A stretch of DNA of 61,811 nucleotides from an uncultured Candidatus Saccharibacteria bacterium. GTDB lineage: Bacteria; Patescibacteriota; Minisyncoccia; Phycocordibacterales; UBA12088. The stretch spans positions 1 through 61,811 of the forward strand of contig CAYLHB010000002.1 of NCBI GenBank assembly GCA_964383505.1, given 5' to 3'. Position numbers and translations under genes: made by a program. The notes below the pieces were generated by a model. The model worked only from the letters and a program-made list of their open reading frames with translations. It was not told the DNA's origin and searched no databases. Positions 17,769 to 26,353 of the stretch are shown one piece after another. The first letter of the stretch is position 1, and the number at the start of each line of letters is the position of its first letter.

Positions 17769-19208
17769 CTATATTTCCTCTGTCACAATTCTCTTCCCGA
17801 ACCAGCTATTTTTTGCAGCCAATGATCTGTATATTCCTGAGAAAACAACAGCTGTACGATGATGATCCAAGAAATTTGAACGCTGGTTCTCTGGTTCAAT
17901 ATCCTTATCAATATAATCAAAAAATTCTTTAATACAGATACGTCGAGCCTCCTCCTGATGTCCACGAGAGTACCCCTCAAGTTCAAAGCTCATTAAGTCC
18001 CGCACGTTGATTATTTCTACTGGTTTCCATTCAGGAAAAAGTTTATTATTTCTAAAAATAATAATTTCTAAGTGACGCTCTCCCCCTATTTCAAAGTGAT
18101 CGCTATTTTCTTCTAAAATCTCCTTTGACTGATAAGAATTAACAAAAATTGACTGGAATGGACCCTGCTCAATTACATGCTGTTCTTGTCGTACACGACC
18201 GTTTCCTTTGTACAAATCTCTCCCTTCAGCAGTCGCCCAATCTCTTTGACCGTATCCAGTATGGGCCAAGTTAAGGGTACCAAGAGTAATAACCTGCCCA
18301 TCTCGCTTGAATGTAATGTTTCCAGCTACATCAATTTCGCCAAAAGAGCGCATCAAACTCTTATACTCATTTCCATACTTAAAGTACTTGTCAGAATCTT
18401 TAAAAAGACGTTTATGATCGTCAATACTAAGTTGAGCGATAAAATCGGCGGGTCTACTGCTCTGACCATATATTTCTACACTATCAACTGCTTTATCTCC
18501 TTTATGTGTGAGATTGGTAAATTCACACAAAACATCAACCGAGTGATACCCTGAATGAGAAAGTTTTCCATAACCAGAATTATACGGATGATAGTCCTGT
18601 TCGATGATTTCATCTGGAAATCTCCACTGACCATCACAGTGGAGTGAAGACATTAGCGTAACAGGACAGTTCGTTTTGGAAAAAATCTCTTTTATTGCAT
18701 TCCTCGCAACATCATACGCAGTATGAAATCGTCTTTGAGCTAATATTGTGAAAACTACATTTTTGCGCTTCAAGACTTGCTGATATTTATCTTCGATAAG
18801 TCTGTACTCCTCAAGATTTCGCTTCGCTATCTTGAGTGAATTAGCAATTTTTGCAGCAGTTGAAATTGGCTTATCGAGTAGGATATGCAACTCCTTATCC
18901 AATGCCCACATTGAATACTCAAAGTGAGAAAGTGGCTCGGTGGCAATTAAAACAACACCTACTCCGTGTCTCTGCACAATTTCATCAAGCAATTTTCTCC
19001 AAACCTTACTGTCTTTCTTTTGCTCATTAGATAAAAAATATAACTCTGGAGAGACATTATGATCGCCAACATATTTGGTGATCAGTTCCCTTTCCTGCTC
19101 CACGTCAACAACCGCTACCAACTGAGCTGTGTTGGACAGCTCTTTTAAGATTGGTACGTGGATTCTACGAGCATGATAGCCCAATCCAATAAGTAAAACT
19201 TTATGCAT
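17769..19208 (-). CDS. Gfo/Idh/MocA-like NAD(P)-dependent oxidoreductase with a long divergent C-terminal domain
   Basis: N-terminal Rossmann fold KVLLIGLGYHARRIHVPIL ... VVLIATEPLSHFEYSMWALDKELHILLDKPIS (an EKP-like motif read as DKP). Confidence 0.6.
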   Translation of the reverse strand: MHKVLLIGLGYHARRIHVPILKELSNTAQLVAVVDVEQERELITKYVGDHNVSPELYFLSNEQKKDSKVWRKLLDEIVQRHGVGVVLIATEPLSHFEYSMWALDKELHILLDKPISTAAKIANSLKIAKRNLEEYRLIEDKYQQVLKRKNVVFTILAQRRFHTAYDVARNAIKEIFSKTNCPVTLMSSLHCDGQWRFPDEIIEQDYHPYNSGYGKLSHSGYHSVDVLCEFTNLTHKGDKAVDSVEIYGQSSRPADFIAQLSIDDHKRLFKDSDKYFKYGNEYKSLMRSFGEIDVAGNITFKRDGQVITLGTLNLAHTGYGQRDWATAEGRDLYKGNGRVRQEQHVIEQGPFQSIFVNSYQSKEILEENSDHFEIGGERHLEIIIFRNNKLFPEWKPVEIINVRDLMSFELEGYSRGHQEEARRICIKEFFDYIDKDIEPENQRSNFLDHHRTAVVFSGIYRSLAAKNSWFGKRIVTEEI

Positions 19209-19626
19209 TTAAGTGTTTTATAATCTTACTGGCCGCTTTAACATTATCCTCCTTTTCAAGTGTCTTAAACAACATATCTTTGTCGCACCATCGCAAATCA
19301 TCATGCTCGTCCGGTGCTAGTGTTACTTCAACACCAGTTTTAACTTCAACTGCATATACAAACTCTCGAATCTTTGTCTCACCTTTCATCCATTCAAAAT
19401 CATAAAACGGGCCTTCAATTTTAATGATATTTTCTGAATCAATACTGCACTCCTCTTTAATTTCGCGAGTTATTGTGCCAATCAAACTCTCGTTATCATG
19501 AACAGTACCAGTAACTGTCTGCCAAAAACCGCCATCGTCAGGAACTCTCTTGATACAAAGAAACTCAACACCTGCATCCGTCAATTGATATACAAAGGCA
19601 TTTACTCGAATAGGTAACTTGGTCAT
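19201..19626 (-). CDS. Nudix hydrolase, NudB-like
   Basis: Nudix box GTVHDNESLIGTITREIKEECSI. GFWQTVTG matches NudB DFWQSVTG. The stop overlaps the downstream start by 8 nt. Confidence 0.8.
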   Translation of the reverse strand: MTKLPIRVNAFVYQLTDAGVEFLCIKRVPDDGGFWQTVTGTVHDNESLIGTITREIKEECSIDSENIIKIEGPFYDFEWMKGETKIREFVYAVEVKTGVEVTLAPDEHDDLRWCDKDMLFKTLEKEDNVKAASKIIKHLNA

Positions 19627-19730
19627 GACTAGAGAATTAAACGTATAAGTATGGCTACTTTAGCATATTTTACAGTTAAATAAAGCTGTGGTTTATTGTT
19701 TTCTGATATTTCTCGTGCATAATTGCATTA

Positions 19731-20177
19731 ATGCAATACCTTACGTGGGAAGATTTAAACAGCAGTCAGAAGTCACTTCTTGAGACTGCCAAAGCCAATG
19801 CTGAAAAATCAGTAAGCCAAAATGGTCACAAGGTGGGCTGTTCGATCTGTGGCGAGAACGAGACATACAACGGATCAACAATATCTCATCCTAGAATTAT
19901 TGGTTCAACATGTGCTGAACGCATGGCTATCGATCACCTTCTTATCGATAATGATAAGCCAAAACTGTGCGCAGTCGTAGGTAAGCTTAATCGTGAGAAC
20001 TGGACAAAAGATAATCTTTGTACACCATGTGGACTTTGTCTTGAGATGTTTTGGGAATTACAAATGAAAACTGGCATTGATGATATAGACTTTCTTTGTG
20101 CAAATTGGGATTTAGATAGAATCCTGAGTATTAAACTTTCTAAACTATTCCCTCGCTTTGAAGCTGTGAAGCGTTAG
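19731..20177 (+). CDS. Cytidine/deoxycytidine deaminase-like protein (CDA fold)
   Basis: Zinc motifs CAERMAI and TPCGLCLEMF (C-A-E ... P-C-x-x-C). 148 aa, as in homotetrameric CDAs. Confidence 0.7.
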   Translation: MQYLTWEDLNSSQKSLLETAKANAEKSVSQNGHKVGCSICGENETYNGSTISHPRIIGSTCAERMAIDHLLIDNDKPKLCAVVGKLNRENWTKDNLCTPCGLCLEMFWELQMKTGIDDIDFLCANWDLDRILSIKLSKLFPRFEAVKR

Positions 20178-20203
20178 AAACTATTTCGTAACTGTATTTG
20201 CGT

Positions 20204-21535
20204 CTACATACGATTCTTCTTACGTTCCCGAGTAGCCTTCACCTTCTCTCGATGTAAACGTCGAGCCTCGTCCTTCTCCTTTCGCTCCGCTTCACGCTGT
20301 GCCATTTCTTCGGGCGGTATCACTCGAAGATAATCCATGATCTTGTATCCCTTGAGGATTTCGTGCGGATCGCCGAAGTGATACCACGGGTGCATCTGGT
20401 TCCACTCCTTACCGTCTTTCATCTCCTTAACCATATGCGACTCAAGAAGTTTCTTTGGAGGCAGAAAGTCCTTGTTGTCCTTGATTAGAAACAACTGGGC
20501 ATGCACACCCTCGCCATAGTGCGAGACTGTTCGTGCCTTTAGGATACCTTCCTTCACCCACTTATTGAGTGTCTGACCTTTCACATTGAAGTAGTGCTCA
20601 AAGTCATACTTTCGATACCAACTATCTTTGTTCTTGGCGAGTGATGCGGAAATCTCACCTTTATCAATCGCTTTCTGACAAACCAGACACTTCACGCCCC
20701 ATTTGTCGTACCAGTTATCACCCTCTGGCGTACTGCCGTGACAGATGGCACACGTATACCCAGCGCCCTCACGATGGAATCCTTTTGGTTCTTTTTCGAG
20801 TCGTTCAACAAGTAGCTTTTCCTTTTCCTTCCATTCATCCATAAACCTACCTGCTTGCTCCATACCCCATTTCATCTCTGAAAACTTGCGACCCTCCTCT
20901 TCGGAGAGACAGTATCGACCACGATCTTCGGCAAAGTGTTCGTCGTATTCATCCTCGTGCTTTGGCCAAACCATCTCATCTCTTTCTATATACTTACACT
21001 TCGCACAGGTGTATGTAGTAACAAGTTTTGTACCATCGTCATCGGCAGTATGTTTGGTTGGTGAGTCACATTGTTTACAGACGTGCTGTTTGATCCGCCA
21101 CTCTTCACCCGTATTGAAAAATGCCCGACGAGGCAGGCATTTGTTTGGACAGTCATACATGAAGAGAACACGTTCTGGTTTGTCTCCGTCGTGCCAGAGT
21201 TGCTTGAAAGTTGGAGTGTGGCGATTGCGACAGGTAAGGCATCGGATGTCTTCGGGAGCTTGAGCATTTTCGTAGAGATCATCAAGCGTCTGGTCGCTCG
21301 CCATCCATTCCTGGATTGTTTTATCCCGATTCAGATAGCGTTCACCCCTTTCGAAGGTAAGTATGAGATTATGCGCCCACTCTCTGATGGCTCGGTCTTG
21401 CTCCTTGCTCATCTTCTTATTACGAGATGGTGAATCATCTTTGACATACCGTTTTTCCATACCACGACAACGCTCAACTGTATATTTGTCGTACAGGTCG
21501 ATATAGTATTGACGGTCTTTAAGATGTTTGCTCAC
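20204..21535 (-). CDS. Multi-zinc-ribbon protein with a possible C-terminal HTH (443 aa)
   Basis: Repeated CxxC pairs (CLTCRN, CKQCDS, CAKCKY, CAICHG, CLVCQK). The segment KGQTLNKWVKEGILKA resembles an excisionase/MerR-type HTH. It has a Lys/Arg/Glu-rich tail. Confidence 0.55.
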   Translation of the reverse strand: MSKHLKDRQYYIDLYDKYTVERCRGMEKRYVKDDSPSRNKKMSKEQDRAIREWAHNLILTFERGERYLNRDKTIQEWMASDQTLDDLYENAQAPEDIRCLTCRNRHTPTFKQLWHDGDKPERVLFMYDCPNKCLPRRAFFNTGEEWRIKQHVCKQCDSPTKHTADDDGTKLVTTYTCAKCKYIERDEMVWPKHEDEYDEHFAEDRGRYCLSEEEGRKFSEMKWGMEQAGRFMDEWKEKEKLLVERLEKEPKGFHREGAGYTCAICHGSTPEGDNWYDKWGVKCLVCQKAIDKGEISASLAKNKDSWYRKYDFEHYFNVKGQTLNKWVKEGILKARTVSHYGEGVHAQLFLIKDNKDFLPPKKLLESHMVKEMKDGKEWNQMHPWYHFGDPHEILKGYKIMDYLRVIPPEEMAQREAERKEKDEARRLHREKVKATRERKKNRM

Positions 21536-21584
21536 CCCTATATTCTATTCCTATTTTAAGTGATTTTTAAATAGCATTTTGTGT

Positions 21585-22472
21585 TTAATCTTTGATCCAA
21601 ATGGGTACGACAGCATTACCCAGCACAATACCGTGAATGAGTGCATCTCTGTTATCAAAGGAATTAGTACCGACGTAACTCAACAAGAAAGCCTTCATGA
21701 GTGCTTCAACACGATGATAAAAAGTGAATTCTTCGGTACGGGTACTGAACACCTTGCATTCCCAAACCTTCCCATGCATCACCCAGTTACGAACATCCTT
21801 TATGTCTGTGAGAAAAGAATCTATTGGCTTAGTGTTAGTGTATTGTGCTTCAAAACCGAACTTTTGAACCGCGTACTTTAAGTAGTCGATATAGTGCAGA
21901 TTCCCCGGAACATTCTTGGGGTTCTTTATGTTGCTATCTAAACAATAAAGACTTCGGCAAAACAGCTCTATTGGCTGAAGATACCAAACATCTTTCAAAT
22001 CGCTATATGGTGTAAAAAGCTCCGCTTCGAACAATAGACCGAGACTTTTAAAAAAGATGCGACGTTCGTTATTAGAAAAACTATCCAGTTTTTTAATCGT
22101 GCTGTCTAAATATGCCTCAACTTCCTTTACGCGTAGAAGAGGCCAATCATATGTCTTTCCGCCGATCCGAGCAAACACCTCACTACCTCCTTCCTTATCG
22201 TCGTATGGAAAGATGTGTCGAGACTGAAAAAGTGCAAGCAAGGCACAGTAATCCCATATCTTCGGCTGCGATGGATAAAAATGTGACTTAGTGAGATCAA
22301 GTCCCGGTTTTTCACATACTATTGTTGAACGAAAATTTACGTTTCTTGAAAATCTGTTTTCCTTTTCATATTCCTTGTATCCATTTTCAAAGTCCACAAC
22401 GGGTTCAAATCGATAATGTGTTGTATCGATAACATTTGGGAGGTGGACGTTGTAGAGATAGAGTTGTCTCAT
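21585..22472 (-). CDS. HEPN-motif protein (Abi-like), 295 aa
   Basis: ATG at 22472 (MRQLYLY). The C-terminal DIKDVRNWVMHG carries an R-N-x3-H (Rx4H) HEPN signature. The upstream part of the 358-aa ORF overlaps the preceding gene. Confidence 0.55.
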   Translation of the reverse strand: MRQLYLYNVHLPNVIDTTHYRFEPVVDFENGYKEYEKENRFSRNVNFRSTIVCEKPGLDLTKSHFYPSQPKIWDYCALLALFQSRHIFPYDDKEGGSEVFARIGGKTYDWPLLRVKEVEAYLDSTIKKLDSFSNNERRIFFKSLGLLFEAELFTPYSDLKDVWYLQPIELFCRSLYCLDSNIKNPKNVPGNLHYIDYLKYAVQKFGFEAQYTNTKPIDSFLTDIKDVRNWVMHGKVWECKVFSTRTEEFTFYHRVEALMKAFLLSYVGTNSFDNRDALIHGIVLGNAVVPIWIKD

Positions 22473-22494
22473 AATCTTCAATATACAAACAGCC

Positions 22495-23322
22495 TTAAGA
22501 AGTGCTATTGGTCGATTCAGATTCGAGTCTAAATAGATGGTTGAGTAACAAAAACTCAGATAGGTACTCCTGTGAATCACTTTGACGCTCTTTATGTGCA
22601 CGCGGATTTCGATACGCGGAATATGCATTGATAATAATGTTTGCCCTTGCCTTCTGCTCACCTTCGCTAATTCCGTTCCAGCTTAACCTTGAGTTTTGTT
22701 TGAGAAATGCTTCGGTGAATAATTTCGCTCCAATCTCGTAGCTACCAGTCCTTAGTCGGACAGCATCTTCAAATCTCCTATATCCATCCATAAGGTTGGT
22801 GTCAGGGTGCTGCCAAAATGAAACAGCAAGATCAATAATCCGTGGATCGATAATCGCATACGGAATAACTGGCCGAAATTCCTTCCACAAATCTCCTACT
22901 CGAGCCGCATCAAAATGTTGCGTTTCAATGTATTCGTATATGCGAAGCGGCCTTACTGGATTAAGCGCCTTTATCTCTTGAACATCAGCAGTTGTTAATG
23001 CCGAATGATCAAGTCGCTCTAGCATAGAATTATTTATTTCAAACTCGTCAATGTTGATACCGTGCTCCATTAGCAAGGCAAGCGCGTACGAAAATTTGCG
23101 TGGACCCTCGCCGGTGTAGCCGCTCGCAAAACCTGATTTAACTGCAATAAGTTCTATCGGTTCTACGGTGATAAGTAGCCCGTGCCTTCCTCTAGATGTA
23201 AGGATATGTACTTTGGATAGCTGATCGTTGTACTGCAATAGACGTACTACAGCATCAAGACATGTTTGTGTTATGCCTGCCTCACCCCAATATTGAATTC
23301 TTGCTAGTTTGGCATCACGCAT
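22495..23322 (-). CDS. TIGR02391 (Ymh-type HEPN) family protein with an unknown N-terminal domain
   Basis: The C-terminus GAKLFTEAF...EGEQKARANIIINAYSAYRNPRAHKE...EYLSEFLLLNHLFRL matches my recollection of the TIGR02391 pattern, with an RNPRAH Rx4H motif. Confidence 0.65.
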   Translation of the reverse strand: MRDAKLARIQYWGEAGITQTCLDAVVRLLQYNDQLSKVHILTSRGRHGLLITVEPIELIAVKSGFASGYTGEGPRKFSYALALLMEHGINIDEFEINNSMLERLDHSALTTADVQEIKALNPVRPLRIYEYIETQHFDAARVGDLWKEFRPVIPYAIIDPRIIDLAVSFWQHPDTNLMDGYRRFEDAVRLRTGSYEIGAKLFTEAFLKQNSRLSWNGISEGEQKARANIIINAYSAYRNPRAHKERQSDSQEYLSEFLLLNHLFRLESESTNSTS

Positions 23323-23329
23323 AGTTTGT

Positions 23330-26300
23330 TTACACAGGCAAGTACTCCCAGTACACCCGCACCGTCTCTTGGTATATCGAGTCTATCAGCCGTTCAGTTT
23401 GTACAAGCTCAGTGAAACCCTTCTGAAGCAAGAGCAGACGTACGTTCTGACGAATCCGCGCTTTGATCGTCTCGTTGTTTGTCCAATCAATCGCTAAGTC
23501 ACGACGAATACGCCTCGTCAGTTCTTTAACAAAATCCTTAATATCGATACCTGCTTTTTTGAGATCCGGGTCAGTCACTAGGGTGTCATAAAAGACCACC
23601 TCCTCTTCAGAAAGCCCTAGCTCCCTACTCTCCTCGTCGAGCTTCTGTATATCATCGGCAATAGCAAGCAGGTGCTTGATGATCTCTGCGGAACTGATAA
23701 CGTTGTTCTCGTACTTCTCGATAAGGTCGGTTAGGAGGGTGAGCATGGTTTCGTATCGAGCTTTGTTGGTACGAGAGCGAACCTTAATCTCTTTGTCGAG
23801 CATCTTCCGCACCGTATCAATAGCAAGATTTTGATACTTCGATTTATTGATCTCCTCAGCAAACCGCGCGTCAAATATCGAGATGATCTTTTTCTCCTCG
23901 CCTTCTTTGGTAAAGAGGTCAATCACGCCCTCGGCCTGCACCGCATCTTGCACTAAGCTTCGGATAGCACTCTCGGTCGCTTCAGGAAAGATGATATGGG
24001 GAATCACCGTCTGCTTGTGTAAGGCATCGCGAATAGACTGGAAAAACTGCACATCCGTCGCAATCTCCATCGCTTCAGAGCCTGGCATCACAAGCGCGTG
24101 AAGGTTGGAAAGCTTTGACACCGCACCCATGTACGCCATTTTACGATCATCCGACAGATGGCCTTGCTCCGAGACAACCTCATTCATTGCGGATTGGAAC
24201 AACTCTACCAGCTCGATCCCCTTTTTCTGCCTCCACCCGGAAAAGTCGATAGCGGCAAAATACTGCAACACGTCCCCGTGAAGTTTCTTCATTGCGCGTA
24301 TCACCTCATCAAGCGGTATCATCGCCTCTTTCTGCACATCCGCATCATAGATTGCAAGTGCCTTCTTGAGATTTTCCGCAACACCTATGTAGTCCACAAT
24401 CAAACCGCCCGGCTTATCTTTGTAGATACGATTGACCCGTGCGATCGCTTGCATGAGTCCATGATTCTTGAGTGGCTTATCGAGGTACATGGTATGCAAA
24501 CACGGCACATCAAACCCGGTGAGCCACATATCGCACACGATGGCGATGCGCAAAGGGTCGCTCGCTTTCTTGAAGCGCTTTTCAAGCTTCTTCACGTCAT
24601 GTTCTGGCTGCAACTGCCCCGCAAAATCATCCATGCCGGATATGATCACCGCGCATTCGGGTGCCCCAGGTATCTTCTGTATCGCTTGGTATACCGCGAC
24701 GGCAATAGCGCGGCTCATGGTCACCACCATCGCCTTTCCTTCTATGGGTCGATTGGTAAAGTGGGAGACTATATCTTTTGATATTGTTTCGATACGATCC
24801 GGTGTACCCACCATCTGTTCGAGTACCGCCCATTCTTTTTGTACCTTTATTCGCTCATCGATAACGATCTCACCCAATATCTCATCGAGCTTGCTATCAA
24901 CAAACTGGTCTGCAAGGTGAAGTGGAATAAGTCGCCCCTCGTAGTAGATAGGCACGGTTGCATTATCCTTGACCGCTTGGCCTATCTTGTATGAACTCAC
25001 CACATCGCCAAACACGCGCATGGTATCACGACTATGCTGTGATATTGGTGTTCCGGTCACCCCCAAAAAGCTCGCATTCGGCAAGGCCTGACGTACGTTA
25101 CCCGCAAGCATGCTGTATTGGGTACGATGTGCTTCGTCCGTAAGGACAATGATGTTTTCCCGATCGGTAAGGGCCGCGTTCGCATCTGGATCGTCTTGGA
25201 ATTTCTGAATGGTGGTGAAGATAAGTTCGGATCCCAGGTGTGAGAGTCGGTCTTTCAAGTCTCTAATGCTTGAAGCGCGCTTCGCGAGCGTGCCGTATCC
25301 CGTACGACTAAATGTTTTGAATAGTTGATCGTCGAGATCTTCGCGGTCAGTGAGGAACACATACGCCGGACTTTTAAGTTCATGGATCCGCTTCGTCTTG
25401 TTCACGTAGAACACCATCGATAATGATTTGCCCGACCCCTGCGTATGCCAAAAAACGCCAATCTTCCGCTCTTGTTCACCTAGGACCGATCGTACGGTAC
25501 TGTCGATGGTCTTATTCACCCCATAGTACTGGTGGTACAACGCCATTTTCTTGGTGTAGGTCACCGCATCACCGTCGCCGTCTGCCTCAAACACGGTGAA
25601 GTTTTGTATCACATCAAGCAAACGGGCTTTATTGAAAAGACCATTTGCGAGCACTTCGAGCTCTGTCGCGCTCTTTGGCGCATCACTCTCCGACTCGATC
25701 CCCTTCCAGGTACCATACCGCTCCCACGAGGAGGATATGGTGCCATGACGGGCATCGGTAAGGTCACTGAGGCAAACAACCTGGTTGTACAGAAAAAGCT
25801 TTGGAATTTCCTTTTTGTAGTACTCCATGTCACGGTACGCCTGCCCGATGGTCGCCTGCTCACGCACGGGGTTTTTGAGTTCAAATACCGCAAGCGGAAT
25901 ACCATTCACAAATACCACACCATCAAGACGGCAAACATTCTCGATACCTTGGACTGTAAATTGATTGACGATCAAGAACTCATTCGCATCTACATTTGTG
26001 AAATCAATCAACTTCACAACTTCGGTCTTTTCCTCACCATTCTCTCGCCACGTCTTCTTCACTCCCTCGGTAAGGAAAGTAAATATTTCCTTATTGCCGA
26101 GGACAATATCGGCATTGTGGTAGCTCGCGATATCAGCAACCACTTGTTCTGCCTGTTCAGCAGGAAGCTGAGGATTAAATCGATGAACGGAAGTGAGGAG
26201 GCGATTCTTTAAGACCACCTCATTAAAAAGCGCCCGCTCCGCACTGGGTTGTTTTGGGGCAATGTCTGGTCCGTAGGCATACTCATAGCCCTCGCCTTGA

Positions 26301-26353
26301 AGCCATTCTATGAGCGACTGCTCAGTTAAATTGTTTTCGTTGAGAGGATTCAT
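23330..26353 (-). CDS. hsdR: Type I restriction enzyme R subunit
   Basis: 1007 aa with helicase motifs (HTQGSGKS, TDEAHRTQY, GVTGTP). The start overlaps the hsdM-S stop by 4 nt. Confidence 0.9.
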   Translation of the reverse strand: MNPLNENNLTEQSLIEWLQGEGYEYAYGPDIAPKQPSAERALFNEVVLKNRLLTSVHRFNPQLPAEQAEQVVADIASYHNADIVLGNKEIFTFLTEGVKKTWRENGEEKTEVVKLIDFTNVDANEFLIVNQFTVQGIENVCRLDGVVFVNGIPLAVFELKNPVREQATIGQAYRDMEYYKKEIPKLFLYNQVVCLSDLTDARHGTISSSWERYGTWKGIESESDAPKSATELEVLANGLFNKARLLDVIQNFTVFEADGDGDAVTYTKKMALYHQYYGVNKTIDSTVRSVLGEQERKIGVFWHTQGSGKSLSMVFYVNKTKRIHELKSPAYVFLTDREDLDDQLFKTFSRTGYGTLAKRASSIRDLKDRLSHLGSELIFTTIQKFQDDPDANAALTDRENIIVLTDEAHRTQYSMLAGNVRQALPNASFLGVTGTPISQHSRDTMRVFGDVVSSYKIGQAVKDNATVPIYYEGRLIPLHLADQFVDSKLDEILGEIVIDERIKVQKEWAVLEQMVGTPDRIETISKDIVSHFTNRPIEGKAMVVTMSRAIAVAVYQAIQKIPGAPECAVIISGMDDFAGQLQPEHDVKKLEKRFKKASDPLRIAIVCDMWLTGFDVPCLHTMYLDKPLKNHGLMQAIARVNRIYKDKPGGLIVDYIGVAENLKKALAIYDADVQKEAMIPLDEVIRAMKKLHGDVLQYFAAIDFSGWRQKKGIELVELFQSAMNEVVSEQGHLSDDRKMAYMGAVSKLSNLHALVMPGSEAMEIATDVQFFQSIRDALHKQTVIPHIIFPEATESAIRSLVQDAVQAEGVIDLFTKEGEEKKIISIFDARFAEEINKSKYQNLAIDTVRKMLDKEIKVRSRTNKARYETMLTLLTDLIEKYENNVISSAEIIKHLLAIADDIQKLDEESRELGLSEEEVVFYDTLVTDPDLKKAGIDIKDFVKELTRRIRRDLAIDWTNNETIKARIRQNVRLLLLQKGFTELVQTERLIDSIYQETVRVYWEYLPV

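Noticed and set aside
22473-22661. N-terminal extension of the 295-aa HEPN-motif ORF (358-aa version)
   Set aside because: It overlaps the 3' end of the upstream TIGR02391-family gene in another frame. The ATG at 22472 leaves a clean 22-nt intergenic gap.
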